This document shows positions 35,022 through 46,829 of a stretch of DNA of 64,000 nt, piece by piece. Location: NCBI GenBank assembly GCA_040954595.2, contig CM082581.2, positions 2,410,699-2,474,698 of the forward strand, given 5' to 3'. This DNA is from Balanoglossus misakiensis. Lineage: Eukaryota; Animalia; Hemichordata. The position numbers and the translations under genes were made by a program. Position 1 is the stretch's first letter; every line of letters begins with the position of its first letter. The notes beneath the pieces were generated by a model. The model worked only from the letters and a program-made list of their open reading frames with translations, had not been told where the DNA came from and ran no database searches.

Positions 35022-38000
35022 CTATGACTTTGTACTTTGAAAAATACTGTACAAGTGGTCCTTATATAGACACTCTAATTTGAAAATTTCTTTTCCACTC
35101 ATATTTGCATAGTTTCTGAGTGATTCATTCATTTTATGATGAATTGCCTCAACACCGTTCTCCCCTAAAAACCCAAGGCCAACTCCATATTTCTGTATCT
35201 GAGGCAGAACATGTTCCTCGAGCATGTGAAGCTTGGGTGTTATGGGTACTTGGGGAAAATGAACTCTGAGATATATAAACAACCCTCTTATGTTAGTACC
35301 TGTAAATGAAAAAAAAAAAGAATATTGTGTATGAACGAATTACATGTATGTAAGTATATGCAATAAAATGAGAGTGAGGACATGCTGTTTGAAAGTAGTA
35401 TCTAATTCATGTATGACGTATAATCCACATATGTGTAAAGAATATAATTATAGTATTTTACACTATTTTCAATCAACAAGATAATTCAAACACTAGGGTA
35501 ACAGAATAGTCTAGTTATTTTATACTTACTCAAGGATTCTATTTCATCACCAGTTAATGGCCTACACAGGTTATATATATTGTGACAGTTGGCAAAGAAC
35601 ATGAAGAGTGGTTGGTACTTGTCATATATATACTTGGCGTCCTCTAAAAGCTCTGGGCAAACATCTGTTACCACAGTTACTGGAGTTAAGCAAATCTTCT
35701 CAACATGCTGGGGCTAAACAAAGAGAAAAGACATGAAATAATACTTATTATTTGGCATGAAGAATGCAACTATGCATTTATAGCATTCACAAAACAGCAA
35801 ATTTAATGACAAAATCCTAGCCAGTTAATAACCTGTTTACAATCTGCAAGCACTGAAATTTCATAAAAAGATCACCCTTTAATAATATTTTGATCCTTGA
35901 TCACATAAAATTAACCAAATTCTCAATTAGAGACAGCAGTTAATGGTGGTTACATCAGTACATCAGTACTAATGTATTTCGACAGAAGGGAAGTTTCTTG
36001 AAAACCTCAGACACGTATACACTGACTATGAAGTGAAAAGCATGCATGCAGGATAATTTGATGCTGACAAACCTTACAACACCTACATGATTACCAACAA
36101 ATGAACGCCCATGGTATGCCTGCCTGTGTACTTTTATACTGGCCAATGTCCTATCTAGTGCTCTAAAACAATAACCTACTTCAGTAGGTAACAAACTGTC
36201 TAAATCCCTGGCTTCAATTTCCTAGAAATATCAATGAGATCATGGTTAAAAAGTTGCAGTCACTACATCTTTAGATAGGAAATATCACTAAACAAGGTAT
36301 TACTATTTGTAACTTATGTTGAAACTGAAATAGCTGAATATTTTATCAATGTGAATCACAGAATCCTAATAAAACATGAACTTCATGCAACCTAGTTATA
36401 ATTTGTTTTGTTCCTCATCAATTTTGAAAACTGAACACTTCATAAAAGCTATACAACAGTTCTAGACCATGAGCCAGTAGGGGTTTACCTCCCCCCCCCC
36501 CCGGGGGAATTTTCTAGACAATGTTTTTCTGAAAGCCTATCATATACTGAGTAAAATTCACTTTGTTTGCCATCTGGGCACCGGGGCGTTTTCGAGTTAT
36601 TGGCTTCTAAATTATATTGGGTAACGTATGTAGGAAAGCCTAAAAGTGCATATAAATTGACGTAGGGGGGTAAATTAGTCTTGTAAAATACTGTCTCTCG
36701 GAACGTATACCTCGAACAACAGGGATGTATTTGGTATCAAAAGAAAGCTTAATAAACAAGCTTTCCATTAATTACAAAATTAAAGTGATATGACAAATCA
36801 TGACATCATAGTGACGTCATAAGTCAAAATACCCTTACGAAAATGGTGTTCTGTTCACCTACATTTTGTATAAATGTGAGGTTTTGCAAAACATGTCTCT
36901 GTGCAATTGTACTGATGAAAACTGTGATGTGTTTGATATCAACAGAAAGCTGATTGAGTAAAGTATCTAATTATTGCAAAAAATTGATATAATAATCAAT
37001 TACGTCATCATTATGTCATACTTCCAAGTACCCTTACCAATTAGTGACTATGATGACAAGTTATTACCCTAGGAGATAGGTGCCTTTAAATAAAAAAATT
37101 GGTAAGGAAGGTTTGTGAAGTCCATTCTATGTAAAAAATGGTGCTGATTCCAAAAAAGTCAGTCTTATTGACCCCACCCAAGACAAAATTGCCATTTTGG
37201 CACTTTTTAACCCAAAAAAGGTCATTTTTAGAAAATACTAAAAACACACTGTTTTCGTCACATTCGAAGATCTGATGACATATGATATGCCTATTCTATG
37301 TAAAATTTGGTTGATATTACGAAAAAAGTCAGTCTTATTGACCCCACCCAAGACAAAATTGCCATTTTGGCACTTTTTAACCCAAAAAAGGTCATTTTTA
37401 GAAAACACTAAAAACACACTGTTTTCGTCACATTCGAAGATCTGATGACATATGATATGCCTATTCTATGTAAAATTTGGTTGATATTACGAAAAAAGCA
37501 GTCTGACTGACCCCACCCAAGACAAAATTGCCATTTTGGCACTTTTTAACCCAAAAAAGGTCATTTTTAGAAAACACTAAAAACACACTGTTTTCATCAC
37601 ATTCGAAGATCTGATGACATATGATATGCCTATTCTGTGTTAAATTTGGTTGATATTACGAAAAAAGCAGTCTGACTGACCCCTAACGAGACAGAATTGC
37701 CTTTTTGACCATTTTTTGCCCAAAAACGTCATTTTTAGACAAAACTTAAAACACACTCTTCTCTTCATATTGATTGATTTGATGATATATGGAAAGTCAA
37801 TTCTATGTGTAAAATGGTGACTATAAAACATAAAGCAGTCTTTTTGACCCCAATCAATACAAAAATGCCATTTTTGGCCACATTTTTGAGGTCAAAAAAG
37901 TCATTTTTACAAAAAAACTAAAAACAAACTGTTTTCTTCATATTCAGAGATCTGATTATGTATGAAAAGTCCATTCTATGTAAAAAAAAATCTGATTGAC

Positions 38001-41000
38001 CCCATTCTAGTCAAAATTGCGTTGTTGGCAATTTATTGCCTAAAAGGCCTACTTAAGACAAATTTACCATTTTAAACATTTTCTAGAGAAAAAAATGTTT
38101 GCATTTGGAGATAGCCCAAATTGAACTCATAATGATGATGAAACAGCGTCGAGAGTAAAAGAAGTTATACGAATTGAACCAAAGTCGCATCGATGAATCT
38201 AAACACGTCGCCCAGGACCAAGCATTAAACATGATACAGGCGACAAAAAGACAGGCACTGCACATGGCAAAGTCCCAAATATTCACTTAGAGCATCTCCA
38301 AATTGAAACGTCAAGGAATTTAAGAGTTTTTATTATATTTATTAGGTTTAAACCCATATTTTCCCTGTTGTGTGCTAGTTCAGGGGCCAGTTTTAGCTCT
38401 ATAGAGTATTTAGCATCGTGGGATTGCACCCCTGTCCAATCAAAATGACGGAGGTATCATGATATAATATAATTTCTGATTTTGTATTCAGAACGAAGAG
38501 GATAAATGTCAAAAATCTATCCGGAGCTGGTATAGATGTTCCTTAAAAAAATTTATACCATGTATAACCGACTTATAGTATACAGTGTGAATACATGGAT
38601 CGTCTCGTTTTATTGTTGAGTTCCATTTTAGGCTAAATGTGCCAACTTGTGGCAACTCTGCCTTTCAATATCATCAATTCAACTGATATCATATGGTATG
38701 ACATTTTAAATATGCAAATATAACATCAAAACTCAAAAGGCAAAAAACACCAATTATTTTGTTTTCTGAAAAAGACAATTGTTGACTAGAAGATGGCTTA
38801 GTGGCAATTTTGTATTGAGTGGGGTCTTAATAAGACTGTTGTGTTGGTATCAGCATATTTTTTGCAAAAAATGGACTTTCCATTCATAATCAAACATTTA
38901 AATACGAAGAAAACAGCTTGTTTTCATTTTTTCTTGAAATGACCTTTTTGACCAAAAAATGGCCAAAATGACAATTTGTAGGGCTGAAAATAATTTTTTT
39001 TTGGAATCGGCTCCCTTTCAACAAAAATGGACCTTCTCCGTACATCATAAGATCTCTAAAAATAAAGAAAGAAGTTTCAAACAGTTACCTTTTTTGAGCA
39101 AAGTGGCCAAAATGGCATTTTTCCCTCTGTGGAGTCAGTAAGAGTGCTTTTTTGGAAAAATCGCTACTTTTAAGATAGAATGGACTTTTATTTATTATTA
39201 GTTGCAAACATTTTTTTCTCTAGAAAATGTTTAAAATGATAAATTTGTCTTAAGTAGGTCTTTTTAGGCAATAAATTGCCAAAAACGCAATTTTGACTAG
39301 AATGGGGTCAATCAGATTTTTTATACACAGAATGGACTTTTCATACATAATCAGATCTCTGAATATGAAGAAAACAGTTTGTTTTTAGTTTTTTTGTAAA
39401 AATGACCGTTTTGACCTCAAAAATGTGGCCAAAAATGGCATTTTTGTATTGATTGGGGTCAAAAAGACTGCTTTATGTTTTATAGTCACCAATTTACACA
39501 TAGAATTGACTTTCCATACATCATCAAATCAATCAATATGAAGAGAAGAGTGTGTTTTAAGTTTTGTCTAAAAATGACGTTTTTGGGCAAAAAATGGTCA
39601 AAAAGGCAATTCTGTCTCGTTTGGGGTCAGTCAGACTGCTTTTTTCGTAATATCAACCAAATTTTACATAGAATAGGCATATCATATGTCATCAGATCTT
39701 CGAATGTGACGAAAACAGTGTGTTTTTAGTGTTTTCTAAAAATGACCTTTTTTGGGTTAAAAAGTGCCAAAATGGCAATTTTGTCTTGGGTGGGGTCAGT
39801 TAGACTGCTTTTTTCGTAATATCAACCAAATTTTACATAGAATAGGCATATCATATGTCATCAGATCTTCGAATGTGACGAAAACAGTGTGTTTTTAGTG
39901 TTTTCTAAAAATGACCTTTTTTGGGTTAAAAAGTGCCAAAATGGCAATTTTGTCTTGGGTGGGGTCAATAAGACTGCCTTTTTTGGAATCAGCACCATTT
40001 TTTACATAGAATGGACTTCACAAACCTTCCTTACCAATTTTTTTATTTAAAGGCACCTATCTCCTAGGGTAATAACTTGTCATCATAGTCACTAATTGGT
40101 AAGGGTACTTGGAAGTATGACGTAATGATGACGTAATTGATTATTATATCAATATTTTGCAATAATTAGATACTTTACTCAATCAGCTTTCTGTTGATAC
40201 CAAACACATCACAGTTTTCATCAGTACAATTGCTCAGAGACGTGTTTTGCAAAACCTCACATTTATACAAATTATAGGTGAACAGAACACCATTTTCGTA
40301 AGGGTATTTTGACTTATGACGTCACTATGATGTCATGATTTGTCATATCACTTTAATTTTGTAATTAATGGAAAGCTTGTTTATTAAGCTTTCTTTTGAT
40401 ACCAAATACTTCCCTGTTGTTCTAGGTATACATTCAGAGAGACAGTATTTTACAAGACTAATTTACCCCCCTACGTCAATTTATATGCACTTTTAGGCTT
40501 TTCTACATACGTTACCCAATATAATTTAGAAGCCAATAACTCGAAAACGCCCCGGTGCCCAGATGGCAAACAAAGTGAATTTTACTCAGTATATGATAGG
40601 CTTTCAGAAAAACATTGTCTCAAAAATTCCCCCGGGGGGGGGGGGAGGTAAACCCCTACTGGCTCATGGTCTATTCACTATCTTGATCACTAGCTTATAG
40701 CGTTTGTGTAATTGTAGGGTTGCAGAATGCAGGTCACCTAATCATTGTATGTTCAGTATTACCCAAAAGATTATTACCTTCTCCTCAGCACTACACAGTA
40801 ACTCGACTCTTTCCTCTTTGAGTCGATGAACTTCACCCAAGGGTACATCGTCTTTGTCATCCTCATCGAGGTACCCAAAGGCGATAAGTTCAGTTTCAAT
40901 ACATTCTGCTTGTTCCCTTAGATCCTCAGACTCAGATGTCAGTTTGAGAACCTACATTATGTGAAGTAATGAAAATATGTTACTACTTATTTAATACTTT

Positions 41001-43123
41001 TTCTGTTGATAAACACTAAAAATCTATGCTACATTAGACACAATGGTTAATGACAAACAGATTTTTGACAATTATATGAAACAGTATCTCTCAGACAAGA
41101 TACAAAAGTGATTTTTAGAAAAAAATCCATAGTAACATTGTGATGGAATGTAATTTCACACAAGTTTTATAATGTTTGATAACATGTGTAATCTGTATGT
41201 AGGTTTGTGTAAAATGTGTAAATATACAATGTACTAATATATAAACTGACTATACCTTTTCTATAGTTTCAATGTATGTGTTAAAGTTTGCAGGTTGAAG
41301 GACAGGTTCATCCACCTCCCCTGTTGTGCTTAGTTTCTTGTATATTTTCTTGTCAAGTTCTATACACTCAGACTCAAGCATCTTAAAGAACATAAGATAT
41401 ACGCCGAGACTGATGTGCAGCCCTGGCACTGCTACCTGTAAAATAGACAAACATCCAATAATGCAAGTAACTGTCATAAATGGATAAAAGTCACTTCTGT
41501 CTTTTCTTTCCATTAAACAAAGACTAGGAAGAATGAATGCTATAATATTGGAGAGAATACACATTGCACTGGAGAAGAAGTCAACAGACCCCCCTACATC
41601 ATATATATATTTGCATTTCATGTGGGTTGGTTAGACTGTGTGATATAATAAGGTTGATTATAGCACATTGCTTTAAAATTGGCAGTATGTACTCACTCTT
41701 TCTATTGGGATACTTATGAGTGGAGTGCGGACACAGTTGTTGTACAGTTTTGCTTTCTTCAACACTCCACCACCATCTTTTTCATATTTATTATGGTCAG
41801 AGATGATTGATTCCAAGGTCCTAGCCTGGACTTGAGGTCTGTCTTCAGGTACCATGGAACATATGTCCTTTGTTGTCAGGCACCACAAACAAAAGTGTTT
41901 TCCTTGGATAAAAAAATAGATGAATCTGATCATAACAACTAACTTACTCATGAAATAGTATGCACCTTAACAGAATAACAAACAGGTTCACAACAACATC
42001 AAAGACAGTTAACCAGAATAATGATGACTGACTGTGTGCATGTACATGTGACAACATTTTTACAATGTACATCTTACAATTATCAAGCACACTCCATTTG
42101 GTCCACTCAGTCCATACAATTTGGTTAGATATTCATAATCACCCATTACATGCACCTTGATTCTGAAATCTCTGCATAAACAATAGACAAAAAAATGTAA
42201 GTCAGTATGTGCTTAATAAATGATTGAAACTCAATTTTAAAATGTGTATAGAATAGGTGCATGTAAAAGAGGGAATGAATGGGCCAAACAGTTGATGATT
42301 ACAGAAGACAGGTATGAGACAGGTAGGTAAATTGGTGATGTATGAGTCACTAGCTTACAGGTAAAATGTGTAAACTATTTTAGTATTAACATGTTAAGAT
42401 GTGTTCTATGATATATTTATGGTATCTGCAATTTCAGGCTACATCACCAATGGATGAATATATGAGGGGGACTATCTAAACCTGTTATGTATTGCCCATA
42501 CAAGCAAGGGTCAGATCAAACTGTTTGATTAAATACAGTATGACTTGAAATTTTGATAAAGCATACCTCCATTTAGAACCATCAAGATGGTTTACTTCAG
42601 ACATTAGATGTTCAGTTGCTGTTTGGAGGTTGTGGTAGGTATCAGTGCCGCGATACATGTTTAGGATTATTGTGCTCTTGATGGAATTTGGGTGTTCAAC
42701 ATTGCACACCTCCAAACACGTCTTCATTAGATCGCCTCCTTTATCACCACCTACTTTAATCCAAATCTCTTCTTCTGGTATTACTGCTCCATGCCACGTC
42801 AATTTGTCAGACCTGAATTGAAAGAATTTTTAATCAGAGGTGAAGATATTAAATTGTATGCATCAACTGTTCAATCACTTTGAGAGATTGGACATTTATT
42901 AAATATGCTTCCACAACATTGAGCTATTCTGAAATTAGACAATTTAATTCTTCAAACACGAATTTATCTTCCAGTAACCTGGATTACTTATACATGTATC
43001 TGACTGCAAGGCATGAAACTTAGGCATATTACTTATTATGTACTACAGTGTTACTGGTAGTATAATTTTATATTACTATCATACATATAAGTCACTGTAT
43101 GTGACAGTACACAACTTGTTCTA

Positions 43124-43192
<69 letters not shown>

Positions 43193-45224
43193 ATGTGTTT
43201 TATCATTGTTTTCAATTGATCTCTTAGTGAATTATATTACAAATACAATTACAATCAGCATTACCTATCTTGTTCCTGAAGGTATCTGAAACAAATACTC
43301 TCCAAGTTGGTGCTAATGCTTGGTGCCAGTCTACATTCAGTGCCAAGTTTTCCAGTCACTGGATTTTTCACATGGAACTGAAGGAGTAGGTTCTTGGCTG
43401 ACACTTCAATTTCTCCAAGTAGACTCTTTGCTTCTTCCCTATCCCTATTCTCTCCAGGAAAATTTATTTTCCATTTTTTCAACCACCTATGAATACAACA
43501 AGTACATAATGCAATGGCAAATGTAAACATGAAGAAAATACACATGAGAGTGATATCATCATGACAACTTTTGGTTATGTTGTACTCATGAATCAGTAAA
43601 TCTGTAAAATAAATTTTGCCTTTTATATTTCATGGTTAATGTCAATGTACCTAAATTCAAAACATACCTCCGCAATTTTCTCAACTTGTTCCATGGGATT
43701 GAGAGGTCTGCTTTGACTGCGAGTCCTGCATCAGGAGGGATTTGTGGTGTGGTCTTGAGAACATTGTTTGCTCTCCTCCATTCAGTCTGTAGTTGTGTTT
43801 TGTTGGAGAGATCATCCTCCCCACTCAAAACCCTCCTTTGAGACTCGATGTGTTGAGCTCTGCTTCTTTTTGTTGTTGAAGATGCAGTACTACTCTTTGT
43901 CTTAGGGTGAGGTGTATATGTCATATGGAATGGCTGGTTGTAGCAATGTAAATGTAGAAAGAAAAAAAAGTATTTACTAGTATGTAACAATTCATATTTA
44001 TAATATGAAAGACACATGATGCAAATGCAAACTGATTTCACAATGTAGATAACTGTAGTGTTAAAATCAATGTAGATTTATGAAATGATACTGCCAATTG
44101 ATACGTGAAAACACACTTACCCCTCCTTTTGTTTTGAATCGTACAGGTGCTCCTTTCCTACTATCATCTGTTAGATCAAGCTTTCGCTTTACACACTTAG
44201 TTGTCAGGTCTTCAAATCCAGGGGTCCGTTCAATGTTTGGAGTGCCAAGCAATATTTGGACAGCCTTATGTACGTCATGATGAGATTGTTCTCTCCTTAC
44301 AATTGGAGCAGTCTTGATCTGTGGTGGAGTTTCTACTGGTTCTACTGGTGATGGTTGTGGCAAGAGGGCATAATCATGCTCAACAAAGATTGGTACAGGC
44401 GTGGACTTAACCTGACAATTCTTAACATGATCTTTCAATTCACTAAGTTTAACAATAGCTGTACACCCTTTCCACGCATAGTCACAGGATAGCTTTAGGT
44501 CACTAATCAAATTCATCAAGTGCACAGGAATAGGCAATATACTTGTGGGTGTGATGTCTTTCCTGCATATTGGGCATGTTGGCGAGCTATTCACCCAGTG
44601 TTTTATGCATGGAGCACAATAGATATGATGACCCTCACACATTAGCTGTATGGGTTCATCAAAAACCTCTTTGCATATTAGGCATTCTAAATTTGCTGTT
44701 ATTGAATTAAATCTTTCCACACATAAAGGAATTTGTGTCTTTAATGATTTACAAGCTTTCATTGTAATTTCCTGTTCTAAACTTTCCACTAAATTTCTGT
44801 CTACACTGGTGCTTGCTTGTTTAGAATTAAATATATCATTTTCAGAAGCACTGGAACAAGGTGTACACTGGGACCTTTGCTTACTAGGTTTCCTCCCCTT
44901 CTTACTGTACCTGATACACACATGGCATTCACCAGTTCTTGAGTGTTTGCACCATTCTGCAATTACTATTTTATGGCTGCAAGATTTTCCAGACAAAGTT
45001 GCTGATTTCAAACGTCCAAGTGTCTTTTTGCATTTGTGGCAGAAATTAGCTGGGTAAGTGGCACTGCTTTCCGGACAATCGATTCCAAAATAAATACGTA
45101 AATCCTCCTGAAAATCTGCACATTTATAAATGCGAGACGATCCTCCAGACGAGCGAATTTTATCTCCACAAATGCGACAACTACTATTGAGGACAAGTTG
45201 ATGAAAATCAAACGTTTGAGCCAT
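35022..45224 (-). CDS. RAG1-like (Chapaev-type) transposase, 11 predicted exons, ~1,020 aa, possibly inactivated
   Basis: Exons (-): 45224-44121, 43933-43668, 43486-43265, 42812-42567, 42171-42095, 41902-41697, 41435-41256, 40951-40778, 36221-~36075, 35713-35530, 35299-35022. GT-AG with consistent phases except donor 5 (GA) and an ambiguous donor 9. Motifs: CRICG..PANFCHKC..WCKH..CHVC; RING CLIC..C.GHHIYCAPC..CPIC; KVGGDKGG; GDYE..LYGLSG..KHFCLWC; PGLHISLG; QAYHGRSFVGNH; ITPKLHMLEEH..GLGFLGENGVEAIH. Confidence 0.85.
36463..40673. mobile_element. 4.2-kb foldback non-autonomous DNA transposon (Academ-like termini) in intron 8 of the transposase
   Basis: Near-identical inverted arms 36463-38103 and 39203-40673 beginning TAGACCATGAGCCAG. 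Flanked by TTC at 36460-36462 and 40674-40676. Internal ~170-bp tandem units. Confidence 0.88.
43125..43197 (+). repeat. (GT)n/(GTAT)n microsatellite in transposase intron 3
   Basis: Read directly from the sequence. Confidence 0.95.
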
Positions 45225-45805
45225 AATTAAAGATGAACTATTCGGAATTATCGGAAATGTAAACAAATGCCGGCTACCATCAGCTGCCGGCAGAATTGAA
45301 AAGGGCGCTCTTTTTACGTAATACGTAAACAATCGATCGTTACCATGGAGCGACCGCGGCCGAGAAAGTCTGACTGCGGCCTGGTGCAAACACTGCTTGA
45401 ACTTTCACACAATGAATCACACTTCACAGTAAAATTACGTTGCATATCATAAAAAATCTTTTTAATGATAAAACGTGGCTTAAAATACATACCGTCGATC
45501 TAAAAAATAGTGTCACTTCCGGGTAATGGTCATGGTTTTGGCAAAGGGTTATGTTGACTTCGCGTGAAATATTTCATACAACATTGACGTCGAGCGACTG
45601 AACCTTTGACCCCTGAAACGTCCGAGAGTTTACGATGTCGAAACGATTATCTTCGTGCTTGACTATGCTTCCATATTTGGAAAAATACGGCAAAATGCCG
45701 GACCTGTCCGAAGGAATCCGAAATGGACGCCATCATAGTCTCGTTCGATATTACAAGTTATCGCGTTAATCTATGAGAACTACTGTGCGTTGGTTGTGTT
45801 TTCTC

Positions 45806-45849
45806 TACTCCAATCAGTATGTCGCCCGCACGCGATAATAACAGACGTG
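45806..45849 (-). repeat. Right (5') TIR, long form with 9-bp extra spacer
   Basis: Reverse complement reads CACGTCTGTT-ATTATCGCG-TGCGGGCGACATACTGATTGGAGTA. Confidence 0.9.
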
Positions 45850-46829
45850 TGCTGTGAAACTGAGTTTGACAAGTCAATAAGACGTCTCAAAAATGTGCGT
45901 CCGCCGCGAATAACCCGTGCTGTCCAGTTGAGTTTGCCAAGTAGTTGTTGGAGTTCGCGTTTGGTTGTTCGCCGCTTAGGAAGCCAGTGTTGCAAAAGGT
46001 CGCTCAAGTCCTGTAATTTGCCCTTATTGAGGGAAAGCGTCCGTGTGCGTGCATTTATCTCTATGCCAAGAAATGTCAGCTGCTGTGTTGGGTTTACCAC
46101 TTTGTCCCAGTTTATTGTGAAGCCAAGGTTCTGTAAAAGTTGTAATAAAGCCAGAAATGCTTGCTCGCAAGCAAATTTGGAGTCCGCTATAATCAGAAAA
46201 TCATCAAGATAAACAATTACCGCCTGGTACCCTTTTCTGCACATCATTCTGGTGACGCTTTGCGTTATGCGGGTGAAAATTTCTGGGCTTTTGGCTGCCC
46301 CGAATGGTAGCCTGGTGTCCACCATATAAGTAGAGGTATTCTGTCCTGAAAATTTGTAGCGGAGACCTGTAGCTCGCTGCGAGTCCGTGCTTATAGGGAC
46401 CGAACGGTACGCTGACTTCAAGTCCACTTTCGCGAGATATGAACCAACTTTGCACAGTTGCACCGCGTGATCTATAGTTTTATATTTAAAAGTTGAAGTA
46501 GAAGCGTACGCGTTGACACCGCCTCCTACTGGGCGGCTGCAGTCGTGTATGAGTCTGACTTTGTCAGAGTTTTTCTTGGGGATGGCACCTAAACTGCTAA
46601 TTATTTGAGGCTTCTCCGCTGTGACACGGTAATTACCCACATCAACCTCATGGATAATTTGTCCCTCGACTGCCTCGAATGACCGTTTTGAAGGGGGGTA
46701 CCAGGGGTAATGATATCGAAACCAAATTTTGAACCGTTGAGTAGAAGTCGCGATCCATGTCATTTTCCAGTTCATCATTCCACGTTGCCAGGTGATCAGT
46801 AAGAGGGCTAGCAACCTTATCCTAGGCAT
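45850..46829 (-). pseudogene. Ngaro pol, reverse transcriptase part (upstream of the insertion)
   Basis: RLIHDCS, KVDLKSAYR, RLPFG, VYLDDF, FLGIEI, LGKLNW. Runs into the TIR after RRLIDLSNSVSQ; 5' end frameshifted. Confidence 0.9.

Larger units (their letters stand above)
33004..45849 (-). mobile_element. Complete RAG1-related Chapaev/N-RAG-TP-type DNA transposon
   Basis: Ends CACGTCTGTT...AACAGACGTG; 4-bp TSD TGCT at 33000-33003 and 45850-45853; intron-containing transposase with RAG1-like N-terminus, RING and DDE core. Confidence 0.9.

Noticed and set aside
37640-39729. Mirror ORFs MFYSH... on opposite strands
   Set aside because: They result from the foldback arms and have no protein features.
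44067-45389. Stand-alone host RING E3 ligase gene
   Set aside because: It splices in frame to the downstream transposase exons and lies inside the TIRs; the likely start is the ATG at 45224.
33004-45849. Bona fide ProtoRAG (RAG1L-RAG2L) or Transib element
   Set aside because: The TSD is 4 bp (confirmed by frame restoration), not 5 bp. No RAG2-like ORF is seen, and the core motifs (GGDKGG, GDYE, GENGVE) differ from RAG1 and Transib consensus. Chapaev-type fits better.
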